Shown here piece by piece: positions 36,542 to 49,170 of a stretch of DNA of 64,000 bases. Numbering within the stretch: position 1 is the first letter of the stretch; the number at the start of each line of letters is the position of its first letter. Position numbers and translations under genes: made by a program. The stretch lies in the NCBI GenBank assembly GCA_010015805.1, contig ML978130.1, positions 310,001 to 374,000 on the forward strand, in the 5' to 3' direction. This DNA comes from Rhizodiscina lignyota (Eukaryota). The notes below the pieces were generated by a model that did no database searches, was not told where the DNA came from, and saw nothing but the letters and a program-made list of their open reading frames with translations.

Positions 36542-37906
36542 ATGTCGTCGCCCGAGCTCCAGCCCGATTCCGCAAAAGACGCCTTGAATCCCACGGACAT
36601 CAGTTGGCAAGCTTTAGCTCCTGCGCTATCACTGTCGTCTGTGGCACTGGCACTGGTCATACTGAGATGGTATACGCGACTCTTGATCGTCCGCAAAGTT
36701 GGTCCGGACGATATCATGATTGCATTTTCGGGAGTAGGCAAGCATAGAGGGATCTGGAGGGCAAATTACTGACGAAGTGGTAGCTCTTGAGTGTTGGAAT
36801 GACTGTTGTCATTGCTATTCGTAGGCTTCGCATTGCCTCAAAGTCGCGCATATATCTAACCGCGGCGTAGAATTCTTCCAGAAGAATCAAGTGACAGTCG
36901 GACAGAATGAATGGGGTGACTTCACAATTGTGATCGCCCCAATAGTAGCAAAGGTCAGAATGAAGAGACAATATGTCACATTGTGGATCGATCTGATTGC
37001 TACAGCTCGTACTGGTCAATAACGTCCTTTACATCGTAACTACGAACCTCACCAAAGCCTCCATCGTCGTCCAGTACCTTCGGCTCTTCCGTGGCAAGTG
37101 GATGCGTCGAGCATGCTGGGTGACACTATGCTGTCTCTTTGCTGCCGCAATGTACGGCATCTTTGCCGGCATATTTATATGTGTACCCATTCGCAAGTTC
37201 TGGAGGCCTGGCGCCAAAGGTCATTGCCTGTCGGCGCAGACCGTTTGGTTAGGTGCTGCAGGGATTAACATCGTGATGGATTGGACAGTATGGATCATTC
37301 CAATGCCAACCGTTAGCCGCCTCAGGCTCCCAAGAAGACAGATGATCGGAGTTTTTGCAGTTTTTGCACTGGGTGGATTGTAAGCTGAAGATACGACACA
37401 AAGCCATAGTGTGCTAAAGGCTTCACAGTATTTGTGCGACAAGTATCGCTCGACTTACTCTTGTGCATATCGCTGCAGTGCAGGATGAGAACACAAGTGA
37501 GTCCAATACTTGGTATATGATAGGAAGAAACTAACAAGTGCGAACAGGGGCTAGTGTTGGCTCTGTCACTTGGTCAGCGATTGAGGCAAACGTCGGCATC
37601 ATTTGTGCATGTCTAATGGCCATGAAACCACTCGTCACCAAGTTCTTCCCAAACCTGCTGATCGACAAACAACCGCCATCCCATCACATGCGTCTTCCCG
37701 TGATCGAACAGAATCAATACTTCTGGGCGGGCAGCTCGATGAGTACGACGTGTGCGGCGAGTGAAATGACAACGATGACAACGCCTCCAGCACAAAAGGA
37801 GATCAAGGTGACAACGGAGACGACAACGATCAGTCGACCAAGCAGTGTTATATCTCGACTAACGACGAGGTGGCCTTACAACGCTCCTCTTGGTACTTTG
37901 TTATGA
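36542..37906 (+). CDS. PTH11-like (fungal rhodopsin-domain) integral membrane protein
   Basis: LRWYTR...GPDD, TKASIVVQYLRLF, CVPIRKFW, LRLPRRQ...FALG, WSAIEANVGIICACL; several introns. Confidence 0.9.
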
Positions 37907-38397
37907 GTTGGTGGGCTGTAACAGTGGACATGCCACCATGCGACGTGCGAGTTTAAATGATCAATGTAATCTGTTAATGTGTCATGTATTCTCTTAGTTC
38001 AAAGAAGTAGCCAAAAGAATCGAGGTCATGATGTTGTTGCAAGCTAAAATCAGATAAACACCGGCTCCAGATGTAAGTACAGAACCCACGGATTTAGGTG
38101 GTACTGTACCGAAATAAAGGTGGAAAAGCTCCCGGTATTGGTTATCCTCTGGGTGCCCCTGGTACCTTTGTACTGTAGTTCCCGGGACCCTAGCGCTTTC
38201 GTAAAGCGACGCGCCAAGCCACCCACGCTCAACCCACTCACCATTTCCGTTAACCACCACAGTTCAAAACAGGAAGTTTCGTAATCACCTTTGCAACACT
38301 CATGATCAGACGAAACACAGGTGGCATTGGTCCTCAACGACGAGCCGAGGCAATGGCATTAGCAAAATTTCACCTGTCCAACAACAACCGATGAACA

Positions 38398-41300
38398 ATG
38401 GAGCTCATTCCAATCGCGTCTCTCTCACCCTCCCTCGCGTCCCTAGACACGAAGTCTATACGCGCCATTGTCACCCTTATATGGCCGTACTCGTCATCTA
38501 CACGTAGTGCCGCCCTGCTCCTCGCTGAGCCCGACTTCCGTCTCCGTCGAAACAAAGGGCAAGTGCGCGTATTACTGAGGGGTGCAAGCGCGGCAGCTGT
38601 TGCCAAAACCCAGATTGGCATCGGAGATGAGGTCATCCTGGGGTTGGACGGAGCACGATGGATAGCAGATGCTGGAGCTGAGGAGGTGGTAAGGACACCG
38701 GGGAAGAGTGTGGACTGGGAGCTTCAATTCGAGAGGAGAATCGTGCTTCAGGTATGTATTTTACTATTTACGAATGAGGCAGGAATGGCTGATGCCGTTG
38801 GCATAGATATCTCGAGACTCGAAAGAGCTCACTTCTCTCGACCTGGCCAGTTCTTCCCCGAGCCCTCCGCCGGAGCGACCTCATATCGACTCCGTCGAGA
38901 CACGTGCCTCTGCTCCCGGCCTCTCCACACCCGCACCTGTTGCATCTGTTCCTATCGGAGGAAGCTTGTGGCAAGATTCGCCCTCTTCGGTCTTGTTCAA
39001 GCGCTCGCGACTCTCAGGAGGCAGCCTTACATACTCTCCATACGACCCATTCGCAGAGGATGGAAGACGGGCAAAGAAGCGACAACGCAGAAGCTGGATG
39101 GAGGTTGGCTCATGGAAGCTCTCAGACCGGACACCATCTCCTGAAAAGGATGATGGCCGGTCAGTCAGTGATGTTGATCTGAGCGACTCATCCGATGAGA
39201 AGGATCTATCACCTCAAACCGAACAAGCGGCATACGAGACTCCTATATCAGGCAACGAGGCCTCCGTTCAGAGCGACGTCATTATTGATGCGGGGCCAGC
39301 AGACGATGGACTGTCAGCGGACGAACAAGTGCCAGGAAAAGAAGCAATTCCAGCGGAGAGGGTTCTATCATCCCAGGCGATACAGGCTCAACACACCCAG
39401 GAAATCATAGAGATGGTTGCTGGGGACACGGAGCCAGAGACGGATATAGATGCTTCGGAAGACGATTTTGTCGAGCATCAGAACGAGTTGCATTTCGATG
39501 CAGTACAACAGTCGTTTCAAGATGACAATGAAGGACATATGGAGGAATCAAATTTCGACGCTTTCGTAGATGTCGAAGCGGAAGAAGTTTCTGAACGGGC
39601 CATCAGATTTTCTGAACATCCCTCTGATCTCGATGAGAATGATTATGATGAATTCTCCCAAGAATCCTATTCTGAGATTTCGGACGACCAGGACAGCGAG
39701 GAGGATGAATTGGAGGAAGCTTCGCAAGATCAAGACATGATTAATCCGGAGGCCGTCCAATATGCTGTCCCTCCTGAGAGAGTGCAAGGCTCACAATTTC
39801 AGCCAATCGTTCTTGGCGATACTCCAGTCAACAGCGATAGTGATTCTGAAGAGGAAGGGCTACGAGAAGAGGAGGAGGATGAGGACGAGGAAGTGGAAGA
39901 CGATGAGGACGAGGAGGAGGATGAGCTACAGGAGGAGGAGGAGGACGAGGAGGAGGAGGAAGAAGAAGAAGAAGAAGAAGAACATTGGGAGATGGAAGAG
40001 ACCAGTGGTATGCATCATGCTGAGATTCCGGAAACCCAGCCTGAAATCAGTGCCCAAATACCCCAAGCGTCTACTACTGAAGAATCACAGTATCCGTCAC
40101 TTCCAACAACCTTTGATGGACTGATGCCACCTCCTTCACTGCCGGCCCTCCACACGCCAAGCCCTCTGCTTCCTATAAGCGATGCTCGAGCGCCAACACC
40201 AAACAGGAGTCCGGATCAACCAAAAACTCCGGAGTTACAGCCGGTTTCTTCGACCATGCTGCCACTACCATCGCCATTTCCTGGGGCCAACGATACTACT
40301 CCACGATCATATTTCGACGGGTCCGGAAGACTCGAAGACTCAAAAGAGCGCGTCATCGATGAGACGCAGGCAATCTCCAACATTCCACACACGATGGAGT
40401 ATACCAGCCCAAAGCTTGATGTACCGTCAACCAAAGATCGGAGGAAGAGATCATCATCGTCCGCATCTCGGCTCAGTGAGATCGGCCCTTTTGGTGAACA
40501 CTTTCGCGCAAGGCATCCGTTCGGCATGGATGGCTCCTTTATGTCCAGAGAAGATGCCATAATGGACGAGCCAACACTTGAATCATTCGAGGAAGTCGAA
40601 CATATTCCACACTCTCTGAACGACATCACTTCTGGTCGTCACAAGAGCGCCACCCCCGCTATTGAGCCTATGCAAGATCTCCATTCGGAGCCCATTCCTA
40701 ACATTGAGCTTATTCCACAGGATGTTTCGAGGGAAGAGGCCATTGGAGATGAGCCCTCTCTTGAATCGTTCGAGAAAATTGAAGAAGTTCCTTATACCTT
40801 CGATGAGATTGGATCTGGTCGTCATAAGAGCATTACTCCCGCTACTGAACCTACGCAGGATCAGCATGCAGAACACATGCATGATGTCCAGTATACTCAA
40901 CAAGAAAATTCCCATACTCCTGAAATTGAAACTCAACACGATCAACATTTGGAGCCCATTCCTGACATCGAACATACTCAACAAGAAGATTCACACACTC
41001 TTACAAATGAGCCTACGCCCGATGAGCATTTGGAACACATCCCTGACATCCAGTATACTCAACCGGAAGATAGCCAGCCTCAGTGGGAGCCGGATGACTG
41101 GTTTGAGCCACCGTCTGGCGATTTCGATGCCGTTCCAGTTATGCCCGAAGATGTGCTTTCAGACGAGCCGATTCCGCGAGAGTCGACATTCCCAGGACCG
41201 AAGGAAGATATCGAATTCGATATGGCTCCAGATGTGCAATATTCAGACGAGCCAGCTCCGCAGGAACAGAAGATCTTTGAGTCCACGGAAGAACCACTAT

Positions 41301-43339
41301 TGGACATGGCCCTGAAGAAAGATGTTCTTGAGCCGAAACTTCTTGATCTGAAGGAGGAATTCGAATTGGACGTGGCTCTGAAGAAGGATGCTATGGAGGA
41401 CATTTCCATGGAAAAGTTCGCTGTGGAGGCCGTCCCCTTGGAAAAGATCGCTCTGGAGGCTACCTCTCTGGAGAAGACCCCTCCGAAGAAGGGTGCTCTT
41501 CCGCCCCCTAGTACGTGGGCAACTGACATTATTGACCTTGGCAGTGGAAGTGAAGGAAGCGAAGAGGAAGAAGGTGATGACATGGCAGTTGAAGCTCCCG
41601 TATTTACTCAAGCTTCTATTGAGCTGGGCAGCACTCCTGGATTTCGAGTCAACGCTCATGACGGCACTGCTGAGCAAGGAATAACAGAGTCTCAGAAGAG
41701 TAGGTTTTTGGGGGTCACCGTTATCAAAGATTCTGAAGAGGGCAGTGTTAATTCAGACAAGTCAATTTCGACGATTCCTGAATCACCGGACGATGAATCT
41801 CAAAGGAGGAGGGACACGAACAAGGATATTGCCCAGACGGCTCAATCCGATGAAGTGGTGTATCCGTCGCTGCCTGAATTGGGTACACAAGAGGAGCTGA
41901 TTCACATTGAAAAATCTACCGAGATGAGCCCGCTATCCGACGTCGTTGGAGAGTTCGAAAATGATCATTCACGTGTCAAAGACCATTCCACACATGAGGA
42001 AGTCCAACCCCCTTCGAGTTTATCCCCATTACCGAACACGACTCAAACTTTGATGCAGCAATCCCAATCACAGCCCCTCTTAACACCTTTCTCTCAGCAA
42101 ATCGAGTCGCAAATTGACCTCGATGGGACCACCCCGGAAATGGTGGAATCTTCCATGACTGAGCAGCACTTTGTATTTCCAGAGTATACTTCAGCGGAAC
42201 ACGACAGCGCGCCTCCTCCGACCCCTTCATTCACACAGCAAACTATGTATCAAGATTCGGCGGACGCTGTCGGTGACCCCTCAGTCACAACTCAAAGCAA
42301 ACTGAAGAAGAAGAGAGAAAAGAAAAAAAAGGCCCGAAAAAGTACGGTCCCTGATGTTATTAGTCAATGGTTTGCGCCGAGCCGAGCCAGCCTGCAGGCG
42401 ACAGAATCCGAGTCAGAATCCGATGAAGACGGGGATAAGGATGAGGATGAATATACAGATGCGGAGGCGGCCGAAAGCCAGCTGCTCAAGGAACAAGCTG
42501 AAACAATCCAAGAGTTTTCCACGGGTTCTGATCTCGCGCTCATCGAAGAGGCGAAATCCAAGCTGTTCGCCATGACCGAGGCAACAGCCGAAGAATTACA
42601 GACGCAAGCTTCACGACCTACGACAGCCGAGAGTCAAGCCAGCGGAACTCGTTCGGTGCCACTCGGCCTGCGAACACCTCTGTCGTATTATACACCGCTT
42701 CATCCCACGCGCCTCAGACCATTACTTAATTTCTCCGCTTCCCAGCACACGTCGTCGCAAGAGGGCACGATGGATGTGATCGCAATAGTGACCTCTTCTG
42801 CAAAGGCACCTCAGCGCGCCGATAAGGGACCAAGGGACTGGAACACAGTCTTCCATATTGCCGATCGAAACTCATGGGCCTTGAAGGATACGGAAGAGAG
42901 TGAATGGCCCAGCGGCGATGTTCAAGTGCAGTGTTTCATGGGTGGCAACTCCGGGAAAGACTTGCTGCCGACTGCTGACATTGGGGATGTCGTGCTGCTG
43001 AGGGAGTTTGGGGTAGTAAGCCGCAAAGGAAAGGTCGGGTTGATCAACAAGAGTAGAGGAAGTGGCTGGTGTGTCTGGAGGTTTGGCATCTCGAATGTGG
43101 CAGTAAGCGGAACCACGCCTGATTCAGAGAAACCCATCTGGGCCCGTAAAGGCGCTGTGGTTGGTCACGGAGGCGAGGAGTCGTCCGATGCTCGGCCGAT
43201 AGAAGAAATGAAAGGGGCCCCTGTTGAGATTGAGGATGAGGAGAGAAGGGAGGCCATGCGAATCCGACGGTGGTGGGAGTCCGTCCCAAAGGATGAGAAG
43301 CGAGAAGTCCAATATGGGTCTCAAGCTCAGTTGCCTTGA
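38398..43339 (+). CDS. Large acidic protein with N- and C-terminal OB folds (POT1/Cdc13-like ssDNA-binding)
   Basis: N-term AIVTLIWPYSS...LLAEPDFRLRRNKGQVRV...IGIGDEV; C-term LRTPLSYY...DVIAIV...GPRDW...LPTADIGDVVLLREF; intron 38752..38805. Confidence 0.8.
39865..39981 (+). repeat. GAG/GAA trinucleotide tract encoding poly-Glu/Asp
   Basis: (GAG)n interrupted by GAC/GAT, followed by a pure (GAA)n run. Confidence 0.9.
40541..41070 (+). repeat. Internal coding tandem duplications (183-bp unit x2, then ~27-29 aa units)
   Basis: SREDAIMDEPTLESFEEVE...SGRHKSATPA vs SREEAIGDEPSLESFEKIE...SGRHKSITPA (TCTGGTCGTCA at 40631 and 40814); then H.EHMHDVQYTQQENSH / HLEPIPDIEHTQQEDSH / HLEHIPDIQYTQPEDSQ. 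Confidence 0.85.
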
Positions 43340-43702
43340 AGACTCGATCTGCAAGCCACAGCCGTATCGTATGTTCCACAGAAAGCAATTCATCCAATTT
43401 CGCAAACATAAGATAGCCTATCGTCACCAAATTCAGATGCTACCTGACAACGCGCAAGCCTTTCCACTTTCGATGAAATACTTCCCATACCTAAAAAGAC
43501 TAAAACCCGACCCACGAAGCACCTAAGGCTAAGCTGGAGGAGGTATTACCTAAGGACCGCCATGATTCCGTCTAGAGTTGAAGCTCGGCCGATTAAGGTA
43601 AGATCCCCACAAAATTGGTCACGTGTAACCAAACTTAACTCATCTTTTTCCCATCTACCTTATTCTAAACATCCAATCAACGCGCATCGCCTTGCAGGCA
43701 TC

Positions 43703-44269
43703 ATGGATGCGCCTACGAACTCAAATGCCATCGAAAATCCGGACATCATCACTGGGTCAAAGGGCCTCGCAATACGCGAAAGTATATACTCTGCCGCCGA
43801 AGAACTTCTTAACGACTTTTGTCCGTGGGAGGCGGTCGGAAAAGAATGTCCCGGTCTCCTTAGCCATGATCACGACTGCGTCTATAAACATGTCTGCATG
43901 GAATGGCACAATGGCAAATCGTGCAGCAAGCTACTGGATGCAACGGGAATGAAACACAGACACGATAATGCTGTTCATATACTCAAGACGTGTGTGTCGG
44001 TCGCGAAGGGCGAGGACTGTAAATTTGGTGATCGGTGCGAGTTCGGCCACGATCATCCACACATACGGTATGCTTTACGTGCTTTTCTGGATTCAGAAAC
44101 TGATCACACATTGCAGTCGCGAGCTCAACAGGCGTCGAAGGGAGGCCATAAAGAAGTCGCCAAATCCGCCAAAGAGAGAAAGGCGTCAAATACGAAAGGG
44201 ACATCGGGAAGCAAAGCGAGATGGCAAGCAGGAGAAGCGACGGCGACAGAAGGCCAGCCTGCGAGATAG
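43703..44269 (+). CDS. Small CCCH zinc-finger-like protein
   Basis: CVSVAKGEDCKFGDRCEFGH (C-x8-C-x5-C-x3-H) preceded by two degenerate Cys/His clusters; likely start MDAP at 43703. Confidence 0.65.
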   Translation: MDAPTNSNAIENPDIITGSKGLAIRESIYSAAEELLNDFCPWEAVGKECPGLLSHDHDCVYKHVCMEWHNGKSCSKLLDATGMKHRHDNAVHILKTCVSVAKGEDCKFGDRCEFGHDHPHIRYALRAFLDSETDHTLQSRAQQASKGGHKEVAKSAKERKASNTKGTSGSKARWQAGEATATEGQPAR

Positions 44270-44932
44270 GCAAAATGCGAGGAGACCTTGATCGTGTGGT
44301 GCTGCCGCTTTGGTGAGACGGGTTTGATGTTCACTCAGTGGGCGCGGGTATCAATGGCCCTGCGGAGGCCAGTAAGGACTAAACCGGATTAACAGTTGCA
44401 CAGTGGAGGATGCGGAATCTTCCAAATAGCGTCAGAAAGATGTCTCTAAAATGGGTCACTGTTTCAGTAGCTGAAAAGAAATCCACCATAACATGCAAAT
44501 GCGATGACAGCTGATGAAACGTCACTTATGTCATAAATAACTGAATATAAACGGCACACCGAAGTAAGTTATGGCATTCACGTAGAAATTTCAATCTTAT
44601 CAGAAGTTCGAAGTGCCAAAAGAGCGTAACTATTGCCTTTGCATTGTACTTGAATTCCATTCTTTGCTCCGAACTCGTATCAAGTTCAAGGAAGTGTGTA
44701 CCGACGCCGAGGTTGGTCTCCAAGGTTCGGCGCCCCACTTCACCAGACTCTCCCACTTCCAAACTTCACAATGTGACAACCAATCGACTAGCCTTCGGGC
44801 ACTCTACTCCTGCAGATTTACTTAACGAATCGAGAACACGCATCTATCCCAAAACCTCGAACGATCGTTCATCTAAGCGGAATCGAAGTGCCTCGTACCC
44901 CTTAGAACGGCAGCATCGACGAACCTCTCGCG

Positions 44933-45766
44933 ATGCTTCTCCTCGGCCTCACAGGCTCAATCGCAACCGGGAAATCGACCGTCTCAAACATCCTCCGCTC
45001 ACCTCCCTACAACCTCCCGATTGTCGATGCTGATGTTCTTGCGCGACAAGTAGTCGAGCCCGGCACCCCTGGCTACGCCGCAATTGTAAAGAACTTCGGA
45101 CCCACGACGCCAGACTTGTTACTCCCGGCATCAGACCCATTGTGCAAAGGTCGAGAAGACGGACCAAATGGCAAGGGCAGGCCGTTGAATCGACCGGCGC
45201 TGGGAAGACAGGTGTTCGGTGACGGAGAGGAGCAGTTCAAGCGGCGGAAAGTCTTGAATGGGATTGTGCATCCGGAGGTGCGAAAGGCGTTATGGCGGGC
45301 GCTGTTCTACTACTACATTATGGGCTATTGGGCAGTTGTGCTCGACATTCCACTCTTATTTGAGTCTGGATGGGAAGCCTTGTGCGGTGCGGTGCTGGTG
45401 GTGGCAGTGACGGATCCCAAGATCCAAATGCAGCGATTGTTGGCACGGGATGCGTTTCTGACTCCCGAGGACGCACAGAATCGAGTACACAGTCAGGGGG
45501 ATGTGCGGGAGAAGGCGAGGAGAGCAGAAGCGAGAGGGAAGGGATGGGGCGCCGTGGTCTGGAATGATGGGGACCGAGAGGAGCTGGGTAGGGAGGTTGC
45601 GAAGAAGATGAAAGAAATTGGGGACACATGTCCAGGATGGTGGGCGAAGATTTGCTGGTTGTGTCCTCCAGTGGGCCTGATGAGCGCTGGGTGGTGCTAC
45701 TGGAAGAGCAGAGGTATGCAGAATAGGTGGGAAGAGCAGGTGAAGAACGAGAAGGCGAAGCTATAA
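44933..45766 (+). CDS. CAB5: Dephospho-CoA kinase
   Basis: LGLTGSIATGKSTVS P-loop, DADVLARQVVEPG, LNGIVHPEV, LDIPLLFE. Confidence 0.95.
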   Translation: MLLLGLTGSIATGKSTVSNILRSPPYNLPIVDADVLARQVVEPGTPGYAAIVKNFGPTTPDLLLPASDPLCKGREDGPNGKGRPLNRPALGRQVFGDGEEQFKRRKVLNGIVHPEVRKALWRALFYYYIMGYWAVVLDIPLLFESGWEALCGAVLVVAVTDPKIQMQRLLARDAFLTPEDAQNRVHSQGDVREKARRAEARGKGWGAVVWNDGDREELGREVAKKMKEIGDTCPGWWAKICWLCPPVGLMSAGWCYWKSRGMQNRWEEQVKNEKAKL

Positions 45767-46167
45767 GCGAAAGGCAGATGCCGCTCATAGAACACCTGCA
45801 TTTCTGAATCAACTGTGACTGGAAGTCTGTGATATTCGCCATTCACTGGATGGATGGTTCGATTATGTGCTATATTAAGCCATCACACCTTCCCGCGCAA
45901 CACGGCAGGGACCTACCCGATATGGACTTGACCAGCTGCGCAACCATTCTTTCTTCTGTTTTACCAGATCTCGCTTTCATTCTGCCTTCGTTCCAATTCG
46001 CCATTTATCCCTAGATACTGTCCAAAAGCGTTCAAATCTGTTCATATATTGTTGGTCCATTCACGGAAGAGATGCCATGACCCATGGGCCACCAAGGGAA
46101 CAAGGCAATGGTGGTAGCCCGCTGGAAAGCGGGGTGTGGCGACGAAAACACTTGGGCTTAAGGAGCC

Positions 46168-49100
46168 ATGGCGCGTTCGAATTACTTGTACGGCAGCACC
46201 ATCGGTCCGGAACCTCGCTCAGGAGTACGGATCAGAGTACCAAAGGCTAGAGCCGGGCCTCCACCGCCGTCACTGGCCAGCGACAACGACGATGATCCCC
46301 ATCTCTCATTCAGCCGTCGGCGACATGTAAGAGAGTCCACGCGCGGTATCTATGAGGGCAGCAGAGGCCGCCGACACTCTTATCCGCTATCAGATACTCC
46401 CGTGAGCCGACCATTTCCGAATCGGACGTCGTTGCCAAATTCGCCACCGACACGGCAACTTCCGCGATCCGCACTACGTCCTGTTCCCCATGGCAACAGC
46501 GACAAGCCGAAAACCAAACATGCAAAACGTGTCACCTTCAATCCAATTGTTGAATTTGATGACGATATCAAGATGGAACCCGATACAAGCGATCAGGGAA
46601 GTTGCATCGACGATGGAGAAGGGCTGGCCCTGCGTATGCCACAAGACGATGAAGAAATCACGAGACGCAGAAAGGGACGGCCCAATGTGAGATTTGAAGA
46701 TTGTAGTGATGACACCGGAAGTTTGATCGACTCGGGCTCCGGCGAAGTTCTCAGACCTCCAAGAGGTCGCGAAGGGTTGCGTCAAGTCTGGTCAAGTTCA
46801 CTGCCAGAGAAGAAGAGGAATTCGCGATCAAAATCTCCGCCGCGCTCACCATTCAAAGCAGACTCATCAATCAAACAATCTGCCGCAAACAGGATGAATG
46901 ACGAAGATATTCGCTCGGCGCTGAAAGAAGACGTCCGTCACGCCCTCACCGAGGTAAACGCAAGGGCATCATTGATTGGTGGAAGAGTGGATGGGGAAAG
47001 CCAAAGCGTCATCATTGCGACCGGACCACCAAAGCTTAAGGGGATAATCATCGAGGGAAAAGATGGAAGGAAAATCGTTATCGGCCCTACCAACATGCCT
47101 CCTATGCCGACTCGGCAAACCTCCTTCGGTGGGAGTGCAAATTCTTCTCGAGTACAAAAGCCCGTGTTCGTGAGGAAAGCTGTGAAGGCGCCATCAGCAC
47201 CGAAAGAACCACCCAAGGAAGAACCTGCTGTAGAGAAGAAGAATGTGCAGCCAAATATGAAACTCCCAGAGACAATCGTGAAGAAGAAACAGATCATCAC
47301 GGCAGAGGAGGAGAAGTCGCGAATATTGCTGTTTCCTAAAATAGGCCGGCCAGTTTCTAAAACTCCCAAGCCTGGACTGCCACTTTCCAAGAAGAGGCCG
47401 GTAGCCCCGCCATCTAAGCTAAGTAAGCCACCTCCGCCATCTTCTCAATCTTTATCCAGTGTTACCTCTTCATTAGGTTCGTCATCGTCGTCGTCTGGGA
47501 GCTCTGGCTGGCAAGTACCAAGGAGCGATCTATTCAAGGAGTCGAAAGATGGTGGCGAGAAACCTGTGCCTCTCCCCTCTAAGCCTGAACCTCCCAGTCA
47601 GGGTAAAGAAGGGAGCAAGAGCAAAAGCAAAAGCAAAAGCCCCACACCACCAAAGTCTCGATCAACATCCAAATCTAAACGGTTGCTGAACCGTTGGCCT
47701 TCGCCCGCTGGACTGCCAAGTCTGCCGGTGCCGGTGCAACCCTCACATCTACCCACACCACCGCAGAATTTGGGTCTCGCAGCCGTCCAGAGCTGGGACT
47801 ATCAGCCTGACGTACCGGTTTCAGGAGCAGGCGAGGGTTGGTCTGCCAAAGTTCCGCCAGATAAGAAGTCGTCTTCATCCTCCACTACTTCTTCCTCGAC
47901 TTCCGGGGAGGCCAACCGCCACAGTGCATCCTCTGGCAACCACTCCGTGCACTCAAATGAGCATTGGATGTCCGGGGCACTTCCGGCTGCCTCACTTGTT
48001 TCATCATCGAGCTCATCCGCAGCTAGTACGGCGACCGTGAAGCCTCCAAGTTCTGAGACACGACGTCGCATTTCAAAGGGTTTCCGACATGTCGCCCCTC
48101 TCACACATCCGGCACAGAAGCCAGAACAAGTACACACTTCAAGCGGTAGCAAATACCAGGAAAGCCGCCAGTCAAGGTCGTCTCGGCGATCGAAGAAGAC
48201 CGATCGGAGTGCCATCCCAACTGCTGAAGGCAGGATTGTGCCCATTTTTGAGGCAGTGGTACCTGAGATCCTTGTCTCACCAGTGAGTGGCTATGCACCT
48301 AGTTCTAATTATCAACCGCCGACCGTCGAGAGCGATCGTACGAGTCAGAGCTCACGGCGCTCAAAAACCAAGACGGACTTGCGATCCAAGAATTCGCTAT
48401 CAGATGATGGTCCCATCCTGGAAGAGATGGCCACGGCCCAAGATACGTTGATTGTACCAGATCGTGGTGGTGCGAATGCGAAGCAATGGGATCAACCTGC
48501 TGAAGAGGTCGGATCGCGAAAATCGAAGAAGTCGAGCGAATCTCGCAAGAATGTCCAGCAGAGTCATGGTGACGGAGCTGAATCAACATGGGATCAATGG
48601 GGCGAAACAGCTCAGGATACTCTCTGGGACAAGCAATCAGGCTCATCAGAGACATCGTCGAAATCCAATAGCACCGTGAAGGCTAACGAAGCCGGCATGA
48701 CAATTACGGAACAGCGACTTCCAGGTGGGCAGGATCGAGAATCACGAGAAGCAAGATCCAACTCTTCGAAGAAATCAAGCAAGTTCGAACGAAGCGCAAA
48801 GGAAAGCGATACTGTTGCAGCACCTGCCTGGGAGCTACAAGAGCCGCTCGGAGGTGGCCAGGAATGGGAGGTGAGGTCGCACCACTCTAAGGAGTCATCC
48901 AATTCGCGCAAGTCGGGTAACCAGCTTAATACTGCCCCAAAATGGGGCGTCTCGGGCAATAACGACGTCGGTGATGAAGCATTGAAGGCCGGCTCCGGCG
49001 ACCCCAGGAAATCAGAGAGCAAGCCACAGAAGTCGACCTCTAAGACCGAAATAATTTCCAACACCAACTCGAAGAAGAGCAGCAGCAAGAAGGCGAGCGA

Positions 49101-49170
49101 TGAAGAGCCCGTATATCAATATCTGCATGGTGTCATTCCGGTGCGCATATCGCGCAGGCGTTTGCATTAA
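46168..49170 (+). CDS. Hypothetical 1000-aa disordered Ser/Pro/Lys-rich protein
   Basis: Uninterrupted 3-kb ORF; no recognisable folded domain. Confidence 0.8.
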   Translation: MARSNYLYGSTIGPEPRSGVRIRVPKARAGPPPPSLASDNDDDPHLSFSRRRHVRESTRGIYEGSRGRRHSYPLSDTPVSRPFPNRTSLPNSPPTRQLPRSALRPVPHGNSDKPKTKHAKRVTFNPIVEFDDDIKMEPDTSDQGSCIDDGEGLALRMPQDDEEITRRRKGRPNVRFEDCSDDTGSLIDSGSGEVLRPPRGREGLRQVWSSSLPEKKRNSRSKSPPRSPFKADSSIKQSAANRMNDEDIRSALKEDVRHALTEVNARASLIGGRVDGESQSVIIATGPPKLKGIIIEGKDGRKIVIGPTNMPPMPTRQTSFGGSANSSRVQKPVFVRKAVKAPSAPKEPPKEEPAVEKKNVQPNMKLPETIVKKKQIITAEEEKSRILLFPKIGRPVSKTPKPGLPLSKKRPVAPPSKLSKPPPPSSQSLSSVTSSLGSSSSSSGSSGWQVPRSDLFKESKDGGEKPVPLPSKPEPPSQGKEGSKSKSKSKSPTPPKSRSTSKSKRLLNRWPSPAGLPSLPVPVQPSHLPTPPQNLGLAAVQSWDYQPDVPVSGAGEGWSAKVPPDKKSSSSSTTSSSTSGEANRHSASSGNHSVHSNEHWMSGALPAASLVSSSSSSAASTATVKPPSSETRRRISKGFRHVAPLTHPAQKPEQVHTSSGSKYQESRQSRSSRRSKKTDRSAIPTAEGRIVPIFEAVVPEILVSPVSGYAPSSNYQPPTVESDRTSQSSRRSKTKTDLRSKNSLSDDGPILEEMATAQDTLIVPDRGGANAKQWDQPAEEVGSRKSKKSSESRKNVQQSHGDGAESTWDQWGETAQDTLWDKQSGSSETSSKSNSTVKANEAGMTITEQRLPGGQDRESREARSNSSKKSSKFERSAKESDTVAAPAWELQEPLGGGQEWEVRSHHSKESSNSRKSGNQLNTAPKWGVSGNNDVGDEALKAGSGDPRKSESKPQKSTSKTEIISNTNSKKSSSKKASDEEPVYQYLHGVIPVRISRRRLH

